Positions 56,944 through 64,000 of a DNA stretch of 64,000 bases are shown here, one piece after another; position 1 is the first letter of the stretch, and the number at the start of each line of letters is the position of its first letter. A program made the translations under genes and the position numbers. The DNA is from a virus. The notes beneath the pieces were generated by a model. That model worked only from the letters and a program-made list of their open reading frames with translations. It was not told where the DNA came from and ran no database searches. The stretch covers positions 35,444 through 99,443 of IMG/VR virus record IMGVR_UViG_3300008261_001864. One strand, written 5' to 3'.

Positions 56944-57246
56944 TCACGCCGTAGGGGCGGCTTCCGCAGCGGGGGGCGGGGCACGCAACACCTTGAGGGC
57001 ACCTGTCTGGGCCTCGATCTCAATGGGGGTGTTGGGCGGCAACCCGCGCTCCATGAGAACCTTCTCAAAGAGACGGCTTCGCTCCTCATCGACCCTGTTG
57101 GCGGCCACCAGCAGGCGCACCTTCTCCTGCTCGATCTCTAGGAGCCTCTCCCCCAACTCGTAACGGGCAGCGGACAACTCCTCCAACCGCTTCCTCGTCT
57201 CGGTGTCCACGGGGTCGCTCGGGGTCAACTTCTTCTCATCACTCAT
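56944..57246 (-). CDS. Small coiled-coil protein
   Basis: 100 aa, GGGAGG RBS. Confidence 0.65.
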   Translation of the reverse strand: MSDEKKLTPSDPVDTETRKRLEELSAARYELGERLLEIEQEKVRLLVAANRVDEERSRLFEKVLMERGLPPNTPIEIEAQTGALKVLRAPPPAAEAAPTA

Positions 57247-57261
57247 TTGGGCCTCCCCGCT

Positions 57262-57300
57262 GGTTGATTTCCAGCGTGTTCGCTTCCTATCACAGGCAGG
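57262..57300 (+). promoter_or_regulatory. Bipartite motif GGTTGATTTC-N11-CTTCCTAT-N5-GCAGG, copy 2
   Basis: Same boxes and spacing as 45087..45125. Confidence 0.6.
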
Positions 57301-57331
57301 GACCGTGGTGGTCCCACAGGAGAGTACCGAG

Positions 57332-57676
57332 ATGGATTTGTCAAAGATGCGTGAACAGATCGACGAACTGACGGGCGGCGGCCTCTACGAACTCAACCGT
57401 ATCTGCGTCGAGAACGAGTTGGACCCCAACCTGTGTGTCAGCCCCGAGGGGGATGAGACGAGCCGCTACACGTTCTTCGCTACGAACGTCGAAGGCGACG
57501 TCGTGTACCACAGGTCTGTGTACGCCCCCAAAGACCGACGGCTGGAGATTCAACTCGACGTCTGGTTGAAGCTGCGTGACATCAAAAAGCAAACCGCACG
57601 AATCCGCGAGGGACTCGTGCGGCTTGAGGCTGGACTCGACCCCGAGGAGCCGAAGCCCACCGTCACTCTACACTAG
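57332..57676 (+). CDS. Small hypothetical protein
   Basis: AGGAGA RBS before ATG 57332; occupies gap between minus-strand genes. Confidence 0.7.
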   Translation: MDLSKMREQIDELTGGGLYELNRICVENELDPNLCVSPEGDETSRYTFFATNVEGDVVYHRSVYAPKDRRLEIQLDVWLKLRDIKKQTARIREGLVRLEAGLDPEEPKPTVTLH

Positions 57677-58560
57677 GCGTTGGCCTTGTCCATCAGCGAC
57701 TTGAACTGCTTGTTCAAGCCCAACAGGTCGGACACCCAGCCCTTGAACTGCGACCACAGACCAGTGACCTTCTGCCACAACTTCGCGGCGAAGTCGCCAA
57801 GGACACCGGCCGTCTTGGTGTCCTGCGACAGACCCTTCTCAAAGGCAGCGAGGGCGTTCTGGACGGACTTGATGACATCATCCTTGCTGAGAGCCGTGAG
57901 GGCGGCCTTCATCATGGATTGGAAGGCGTCCTCGAAGGCAACGGTCGGAGCATGGTGAGTCTTGTGGCGGTTCGCCTGCTCCTCACACTCGTGCAACGCC
58001 TTACGGCACTTGTCGAGTTCGGCCTGAGCCTCCTCCAAGTCCTTCTTGGCGATCTCAAGCCACTCCTGACGCTGCTTGACGCGGTTGCCCTCCGCGATGC
58101 CCGTCATGTGCTTCTCGATGAGGGCCTGGGCGTCCGCGACCAACCGCTCGAAGTGGTTGATCTGGTTGAGCCAATCCTGCGCGACGGGGCCGAAGTCCGA
58201 CAACAGACCCTCAGACTTCATCTTCTCCTTCACCCACTCCTCGACCTGCTCGCCGGTCTTGGCAGAGAAGTCACCCTGCGAACCCTCACCACCCAGACCC
58301 TTGATGAACTCCTCGGGCAGGGCGTAGTTCATCTTCGCGCACTTGTTACGCCAATGCTTGACGGCCACCGCGTAGTTGAAGTGATCGCCGTGAGCCTCGA
58401 CGACGTGCTTCCAGAAGCTAAGAACCTTGGCATCCAGCTTGCCCGTATCCACGGCCTTGGCGATGGAAGCGGGAGGACGGAAGCGGTCGTCTGACAGGAC
58501 GCCGAAGCTCGCCCTCTTGGCGAGAAAACGGCGAACAACGGTGGCCGGAACAAGCGACAT
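57673..58560 (-). CDS. Coiled-coil protein, possible head-internal protein
   Basis: 295 aa; TVVRRFLAKRAS N-terminus, KTAG before amphipathic C-terminal helix. Confidence 0.65.
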   Translation of the reverse strand: MSLVPATVVRRFLAKRASFGVLSDDRFRPPASIAKAVDTGKLDAKVLSFWKHVVEAHGDHFNYAVAVKHWRNKCAKMNYALPEEFIKGLGGEGSQGDFSAKTGEQVEEWVKEKMKSEGLLSDFGPVAQDWLNQINHFERLVADAQALIEKHMTGIAEGNRVKQRQEWLEIAKKDLEEAQAELDKCRKALHECEEQANRHKTHHAPTVAFEDAFQSMMKAALTALSKDDVIKSVQNALAAFEKGLSQDTKTAGVLGDFAAKLWQKVTGLWSQFKGWVSDLLGLNKQFKSLMDKANA

Positions 58561-58619
58561 GGGAACCTCTGTTGAAGGGAAAACTCCGCAGACCTAATCT
58601 TGCAGACCTCATAAAAGGT

Positions 58620-58928
58620 CTATCGAGAAAACCGACGCTTCTCAAGTGCCTGTAGGACGGCAGCGAACACCTTGGCGGGCATCCCGTTGCGTTCGAGAAC
58701 CTGACGGAACCTCTCGTCGCCCTCAAGTTCCTCGACGGTCGGTACCCCAACGGGCTTGGGTGCCTCGGTGGACTTATGCCACCTCCAGATCGCCATGCCC
58801 CTCGGGTTTGGTCTATCACGCCACTCGGGACAGCGGGCCAGATGCTTCCTGTACTGGCTGTAGTTGGGTGCCGCGTGTCCGCAGAGGCAGCGATGGAGTA
58901 CGCGGTTGGCTTTGAGAGGCGGCTTCAT
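58620..58928 (-). CDS. Small zinc-finger-like protein
   Basis: GAGGT RBS; CLCGH......Y..HL..C. Confidence 0.5.
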   Translation of the reverse strand: MKPPLKANRVLHRCLCGHAAPNYSQYRKHLARCPEWRDRPNPRGMAIWRWHKSTEAPKPVGVPTVEELEGDERFRQVLERNGMPAKVFAAVLQALEKRRFSR

Positions 58929-58947
58929 ACCACCTCTCTTACACCGA

Positions 58948-59844
58948 CTACAGGCCGACGAACTTGCGGGGCGACAAAACTCCTCGACCGGCGTAGGGGC
59001 CGAACGCGCTGCGGATACCCACACCGTACCGAGGCTGCTGGACGCCTCTGATGATGTTGATGGTCATTTTGGCCTTCTCAAGCTGCTTGTCGAACTGGTC
59101 GGAGGCCGTCGAGAGCGCCCCCTCGTACTTGCTCGACTTGTCGAGCGTCAGGCTGACACCGCCGATGCTGTAGTCGAACTCGTCCGCGATCCAGTTGAGC
59201 CGCAGGGCTTGAAGGGCGTGGATCATGGCCCCCGTCAACAACAGGGTGCGCCAAGCGGGGTACTGGTTGACCAGCGTATCGAGGCTGCTGAACGGGGTGA
59301 ACGGAGGGGCCAGCGAGATGGTGTCGAGGGAGCGTTCGAGGTACTCCTTCAACTCCTCATCCTCCCAGATGTAGCCGAACACACGGTTGAACTGGCCGAC
59401 CGTCTCCTCGTGGGCGGGCGGTCGCCAATGGTAGTTGCGGTCGGGGTTGTTGTCACGGGTCAGAATACGGAGCCGTCTGATGAGATCGGACTCCGCAGCC
59501 GTGTAGATGGTGGCGACAGGGGAGGGAGAGTTCCTATCGAGGATGGCGAACTCCTGCACAACCTGCTGGAGCGGACCACCCAGAATCTCTCGGAAGGTCC
59601 AACGGATGCGGTAGGTCCCGATGTTGGCGTCGAGAGGTACGAGGAGGCTGGCGAAGTATTCCCCGACCGAAGGGTTCTGGGGCTGCCGCTGGTTGGACCC
59701 CAAGACCGCTTCCTGACCCGTCGTGAAGTCATAGAGGGCGTAACTGATCTCGGCGGCGTTCGCGGGCGTACCGTTGGCGTTCGTGAAGAAGATCGTCAGG
59801 TCCTCACGCCCAAGCTGCTGTCCGCGATAAAACGTCACGCTCAT
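58948..59844 (-). CDS. Head-tail adaptor-like protein
   Basis: LIRRLRILTRD, IWEDEELKEYL, FDYSIGGVSLTLDKSSKY. Confidence 0.6.
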   Translation of the reverse strand: MSVTFYRGQQLGREDLTIFFTNANGTPANAAEISYALYDFTTGQEAVLGSNQRQPQNPSVGEYFASLLVPLDANIGTYRIRWTFREILGGPLQQVVQEFAILDRNSPSPVATIYTAAESDLIRRLRILTRDNNPDRNYHWRPPAHEETVGQFNRVFGYIWEDEELKEYLERSLDTISLAPPFTPFSSLDTLVNQYPAWRTLLLTGAMIHALQALRLNWIADEFDYSIGGVSLTLDKSSKYEGALSTASDQFDKQLEKAKMTINIIRGVQQPRYGVGIRSAFGPYAGRGVLSPRKFVGL

Positions 59845-59854
59845 CGAACGCCTC

Positions 59855-60580
59855 CTAGTCCCAACCGTACTTGGCGCACCCGCAGGGGTTTGTCATGGGT
59901 GGACCTGCCTCCAAGACAAACTCCTCCTCGCGGGTCGCGCAGCCCCTACCCTCCGACCAACTCCAGACAACCAGCCAAGTCCCTGGCTGGCCGCACTCCC
60001 CTGCGTAGCCCGTCACATGGTAGCGACCGATCCCATCCTTGGCCGGTACCCTGCGAGGTGGGCCTCGCAGTTGGCGATACCCCCCTGCCAAGACTTCGTA
60101 GATCGCATAGGTGACGCTGACAGGCGAGTATGGGTTGCCCTGTGCGTCCCGAAGGCAGAGTTCCAGAGCGCCCTTCTGAAAGACCCCCATGAAGGGGAAC
60201 CTCTGCCGTGTATCGGGCGCACAGATAGGCTTGGGAGCCTGTGTGATCTCGACGTAGGCTTGCAGAGAGCCGTACCCCAAGATCGGCATGGGCACCGAGT
60301 CTCGGAAGTTACCCAGCCCTCGGACGATGCCCCGCAGGATGAAGGTCTGGACGAGGGTGCCATCGGTATTGCCGATACCCTCGACGCTCCCCGCGTAGGT
60401 CTGCTCGCCCCAGATCGTCCCAGAGCCTCGGGCTTGACCGCCGACGAGGAACGTCTGGACGGGAGTTACCGTCACCTCACCGACGCCGCCAATCGGGGCC
60501 GCAACGTACACGGACCACGCCAGAGCGCCAGCGACATCGCCAATGCCGCCCAAAGACTCGGTGAGGTCGATGGTCGGCAT
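59855..60580 (-). CDS. Hypothetical structural protein
   Basis: 241 aa; C-terminal domain (RDAQGNP...YAIY...G.Y...G.W...W) resembles N-domain of 58948..59844. Confidence 0.5.
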   Translation of the reverse strand: MPTIDLTESLGGIGDVAGALAWSVYVAAPIGGVGEVTVTPVQTFLVGGQARGSGTIWGEQTYAGSVEGIGNTDGTLVQTFILRGIVRGLGNFRDSVPMPILGYGSLQAYVEITQAPKPICAPDTRQRFPFMGVFQKGALELCLRDAQGNPYSPVSVTYAIYEVLAGGYRQLRGPPRRVPAKDGIGRYHVTGYAGECGQPGTWLVVWSWSEGRGCATREEEFVLEAGPPMTNPCGCAKYGWD

Positions 60581-60586
60581 CGCTGA

Positions 60587-60970
60587 TTACGCCTCGGATG
60601 CGATGAGTTGCCCCGTGGGGAACCGCACCTGGTCATTGATGCCGACGGCTCGGGGTACCGACAGGAGGTTGAAGTACAGGAGGTTGCCTCCCGTGGGCGC
60701 GTCGGTGAGGCCGAACGCCGTCACCGTACCCCACGCCGCCGCCGCAATCGGGAACACCACATCTGCCAAGTTGGCAGCCTGTCCGTTCGCAGGGGTGCTG
60801 AACGTCACCGTCTGGCGAGCGTACCCACCACCCGTCACCTCGGTACCGCCACCGCTGACCGAGGGGGCCACCGTGTAGAGGGAGACGTAGATGGTGGGCG
60901 GGGGAGAGAACGGCACACTCCGCAGGGCAGCGTTCAAGAAGTTGTTGTCGAGGTAGTAGGTCTTGGGCAT
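60587..60970 (-). CDS. Conserved small phage structural/fibre-associated protein
   Basis: YVSLYTVAP...GTEVTGGGYARQ.V.F...VFP.A..AWGTVT.FG..DA.TGGNLL. Confidence 0.7.
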   Translation of the reverse strand: MPKTYYLDNNFLNAALRSVPFSPPPTIYVSLYTVAPSVSGGGTEVTGGGYARQTVTFSTPANGQAANLADVVFPIAAAAWGTVTAFGLTDAPTGGNLLYFNLLSVPRAVGINDQVRFPTGQLIASEA

Positions 60971-60981
60971 GGGGGTGCGCC

Positions 60982-61398
60982 TTAGCAGTTGGTGGGCTTC
61001 ATGAAGGACGGCTTGAGTCCTCCGCTGCCGCCGCTCGTGGTTTCGCTCACGGACTTCACGACGTCGTACTCCTGCCCGACGATCTGGAGGCCCGTGGGGT
61101 ACGAGAGGATGATGCGCCAGAAGCCGACCGCGTTGGGTCGCCATCGGACATTGTAGAAGCCAGGCATCCCAGCGACCTCAGACCAATAGACTCGGCCCGA
61201 CGACACTTGAGCATCCGGCACACCAAGGCCTGGCACGAGAGGCCACGGCTGCGCCTCGTTCTGGTAAAAGACTTGGCTGGTCAGACCCGCGATGGATAAG
61301 CCGACAACTCGTGTGTAGCCGTCGTTCTCATAGAAGTCGGCCATATCCAGCACAATCTGGTTGTTCGTGACAAGTCTTGTGCGGGTCTGGGCGCTCAC
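60982..61398 (-). CDS. Hypothetical beta-rich protein
   Basis: AGGAG RBS, GTG start; GFYNVRWRPNAVGFW. Confidence 0.6.
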   Translation of the reverse strand: MSAQTRTRLVTNNQIVLDMADFYENDGYTRVVGLSIAGLTSQVFYQNEAQPWPLVPGLGVPDAQVSSGRVYWSEVAGMPGFYNVRWRPNAVGFWRIILSYPTGLQIVGQEYDVVKSVSETTSGGSGGLKPSFMKPTNC

Positions 61399-61444
61399 AG
61401 GTGACTCCTGACGTATCTATGGAGGGCGGCTGATAAGGAAAACC

Positions 61445-61792
61445 CTACCCGTTCACCCACGATGTGCCGTCGAACCGAGTCCCGACCAAGCCTGCTACCG
61501 GGGGGTTGGTGGCATCAAGATCGGCCTGAGCCTTCACATACATGGCTTCCAAAGCCTGTCGAGCATCCGACAGGTCGAAGTCGGCAGGGAATAGCGGGCT
61601 GACCTGCTCCTGCTCGACGAGCGTTCCCGCTTCAAGGGCCGCCTGCACGTCGGCCGGGACGTTCAATACCCTGCTCTTGAACGCGGGCCTCGGGACGATG
61701 TTGTTGGGCGGCGCACCTAACCAGAAAATACAAGTGACCGTCCAAGTGCCGTCTGCGACCGCCGCCGAGTTCTGGACCACGATTCTCTGCAT
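61445..61792 (-). CDS. Hypothetical protein
   Basis: 115 aa filling gap in operon. Confidence 0.55.
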   Translation of the reverse strand: MQRIVVQNSAAVADGTWTVTCIFWLGAPPNNIVPRPAFKSRVLNVPADVQAALEAGTLVEQEQVSPLFPADFDLSDARQALEAMYVKAQADLDATNPPVAGLVGTRFDGTSWVNG

Positions 61793-61798
61793 GACCGC

Positions 61799-62440
61799 CT
61801 ACTTGAGGAAAGAAGGGTAACGGTAGTTGGGCCTGCGGTTGTAACCCTCGCCCACGACCACCGACGTTCCTTGGGTAGCCACGCGCCTGCCCGTGGCATC
61901 CAAACGGAATCCGTCGAGAGGCATCCACAACATCAGCCCCGCAGGGTGGGGCCGACTAGAGTGCATCTCTTGGACAACCTCGTGGTCCATCATGGCGCGA
62001 GTAAAAATCCGAACGTCCGAGATGTGACCAAAAAGAGACTGTGCGCCTGCCGACGCGGAGTTCCCAATCGTGATGCTCGTCCAGTTGAAGAAGGTACGGC
62101 CTGTCTCGTTGACCGTCACCACCTTGCGACCGTCGATGTACCCTTGAATGACGACGCTCTGATTGCTGATAAACCGCATCGAGTAGGCCAAGTGATACCA
62201 CTTGCCGATGGTTAGTTGAGGGCCGTTCACGTCGATGAGGTCTGTCCCGAAGTTGCTGGTCACGCCGTCCGTGTCGGTCGCCAGATAGAGGCCGCCGGGG
62301 CGCGTGCAGCAGAACACGCGGTAGCGGGCCGTCGAGGCTTGAAGGCGGCCCCAAAGGCAAACCGTGAGGTCTTGCGTGGCCGTGTAAGAGGCCGGGACAG
62401 AAATCCACGATGCGCTTGAACTGGGGAAGTAGAGGGACAC
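61799..62440 (-). CDS. LamG/concanavalin A-like domain protein
   Basis: TVCLW, GKWYHLAY, YIDG, ITIGN, GHISDVRIFTRAM..HEV; TAGTG overlap start. Confidence 0.8.
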   Translation of the reverse strand: MSLYFPSSSASWISVPASYTATQDLTVCLWGRLQASTARYRVFCCTRPGGLYLATDTDGVTSNFGTDLIDVNGPQLTIGKWYHLAYSMRFISNQSVVIQGYIDGRKVVTVNETGRTFFNWTSITIGNSASAGAQSLFGHISDVRIFTRAMMDHEVVQEMHSSRPHPAGLMLWMPLDGFRLDATGRRVATQGTSVVVGEGYNRRPNYRYPSFLK

Positions 62441-63561
62441 TAGACGAACCTTCCCCGAACGCCCTGCCAGAAGATTTTGTTGTTGCCTGCCGTCGCGCTC
62501 AAAGCCTGTCCCGATACGTTGGTGACAACAAACCCCCACCGCTCGGGGAGCCGGTCAATGCCGTACAGGCGGCAGAACGAGAACGGGCCAGCGTTGTACT
62601 GCGCGGACGAGGTGCTGGCCGGGAGGCTGACCAGCAGGACGAGTTCCGTGGGGTTACGGATTGTGAGTGCGGCGTCGGAACCCGTGGCACCCGCCGAGTA
62701 CGTCGTCCCGCTATCGACCGTCGCGTACCCATAGACGTTCAAGTACCCGGTCGCAGAGGCCGAGGCCACCGTCTGGTACTTGATGAAGAACAGGGCGTCC
62801 TCAAACAGGTCCGTGGTGTTGTCCACATACGTCGAGGCACGGGCTGCCGTCGCGCTGCTGGCAAGGCTGGCGAGCGTTATGGTGATGGATTGGTTGTTCG
62901 TCCCGTAGGTCGGCTTGATATGGGCGTTGATGGGCGAGTTAGGGCTTAGGCTGACAACGAGGGCAGGGTCAGTAGTGGCGGCTGCCGTGCTGGCCGCCTT
63001 GACGACCGCCGTGTTCGTACCGTCCCAAATCTTTGCCGGGGAGTTCGGGCTTAGGCTGACGACCAACCCGGTGTCCGAGGCGACCGCCGCCGTGCTGGCC
63101 GCCGTCACCGTCGCGTTCGTCGTACCGTCCGTGATGCGATGGAACCCGGCCCGGCTCGCCGTGTCCATCATCGGCATCGTGTTGGTGCCATCCGTGATGC
63201 GGACCGGCCAGTACCCTGCCAGCGCCGCCGCCGTACCCTGCCCAACCGTCAGGGCGGGCTGGTCACTCGCCAGCGTGACAGGGATGGACGACGCCATAGC
63301 CTTCTGGCCGACCGTCGGAGCCGTGCTACCAAGCCAAGAACCCGTGTTCGTGTCCAGACGGCTGCTCACCAGCGAGGGCGGCAGTTGGTCTGTGACGGTC
63401 TTGAGTTGGCCGGTCGAATCCACGAGCAGGAACCGGGAGGTCGTGCTGTCCTTGCCCGCCAGCATGACCCCGCGAGCGTTAGCCGGTATGGCGGTCGAGT
63501 CCTTGAGCGGGATTTCTACGCCGTCCGTCGTGAACAGGACCGCAACTGGTGAACCGGCCAT
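62440..63561 (-). CDS. Fibre-like structural protein with internal repeats
   Basis: GQKAMASSIPVTLASDQ; DGT repeats; ASTAA...D..LVVSLSPNS twice. Confidence 0.6.
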   Translation of the reverse strand: MAGSPVAVLFTTDGVEIPLKDSTAIPANARGVMLAGKDSTTSRFLLVDSTGQLKTVTDQLPPSLVSSRLDTNTGSWLGSTAPTVGQKAMASSIPVTLASDQPALTVGQGTAAALAGYWPVRITDGTNTMPMMDTASRAGFHRITDGTTNATVTAASTAAVASDTGLVVSLSPNSPAKIWDGTNTAVVKAASTAAATTDPALVVSLSPNSPINAHIKPTYGTNNQSITITLASLASSATAARASTYVDNTTDLFEDALFFIKYQTVASASATGYLNVYGYATVDSGTTYSAGATGSDAALTIRNPTELVLLVSLPASTSSAQYNAGPFSFCRLYGIDRLPERWGFVVTNVSGQALSATAGNNKIFWQGVRGRFV

Positions 63562-64000
63562 TACGTCACCGCCCTTGTACGGCTAGTCTCAAAGACGCCC
63601 GAGTAGGTGATGGTGTCCGTCACCGTCACCAGCACGGTCGAGCCGTCCGTGTCATACGCCTTCCAGACGTTCGTGGCGATGGTCTTGTTGGCGTTGTAGG
63701 TGACAGTCTCCTCGACGATCTTTTTCAGCTTGGCGCTGCTCTCGTACCAGATGAACGAGGTCGGGAACGGGTCAGCCGAGGGGGTCGTTTCCAGATACGC
63801 GCCACTCGTGAAGCCCTCAAAGGGGCCGTTGTGCGCGAGGTGGATGAGTTGCCGCAGGGTCTTGTGGTCAGCGGCGGTCAGTCCCGTCCCGCCCGTGCGC
63901 GGGTTGAACGTCCCAGCGGCATCCCGAAAGACGTAACTGGAACCGTCGTAGTTGAAGGCACCAGCGACGGTCGGCCCGGTAGCGTTCGTGATGAGCCTGA
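63561..64000 (-). CDS. Partial (C-terminus) structural protein
   Basis: Open frame ...HKTLRQLIHLAHNGPFEGF...TDTITYSGVFETSRTRAVT*; TAATG coupling to next gene. Confidence 0.65.
   Translation of the reverse strand, partial: RLITNATGPTVAGAFNYDGSSYVFRDAAGTFNPRTGGTGLTAADHKTLRQLIHLAHNGPFEGFTSGAYLETTPSADPFPTSFIWYESSAKLKKIVEETVTYNANKTIATNVWKAYDTDGSTVLVTVTDTITYSGVFETSRTRAVT

Noticed and set aside
62942-63100. Direct repeats gggcttaggctgac and gccgtgctggccgcc
   Set aside because: Explained by internal protein repeats of the fibre gene
1-64000. Stop-codon reassignment
   Set aside because: TAG, TAA and TGA all end genes that abut the next start; coding density is high under the standard code
1-64000. 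CRISPR array, tRNA, rRNA, IS element or diversity-generating retroelement
   Set aside because: No regularly spaced repeats, cloverleaf, transposase, reverse transcriptase or adenine-variable repeat pair seen by eye; not excluded computationally

Overview
GC-rich window from the virion-morphogenesis region of a large (probably jumbo) contractile-tailed phage; host unknown. About 46 tightly packed minus-strand genes, many with overlapping stop/start codons, read from high to low coordinates: fibre/lectin-type genes, head-tail adaptor and neck, a block with a Dps/ferritin-like protein and an MreB/MamK-type actin, tail-completion protein, FmdB zinc ribbon, a 1417-aa sheath, an inserted non-structural island (UvrD-type helicase, HTH, DHH-like), tube, two chaperone-like paralogues, tape measure, two tube-initiator paralogues (one with an M23 peptidase), hub, spike, baseplate wedge and large fibre proteins. 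Only two credible plus-strand genes exist, and they share a bipartite upstream motif. Best leads: (1) a 36-bp inverted repeat bracketing a 3.6-kb neck/Dps block; (2) structured leaders sharing ACCCAGA(U/C)G; (3) recurrent [KR]-x-A motifs near the termini of non-tail proteins, suggesting protease-processed head cargo; (4) a phage actin in the neck module. All product calls come from motif reading and synteny by eye; no database search was run.
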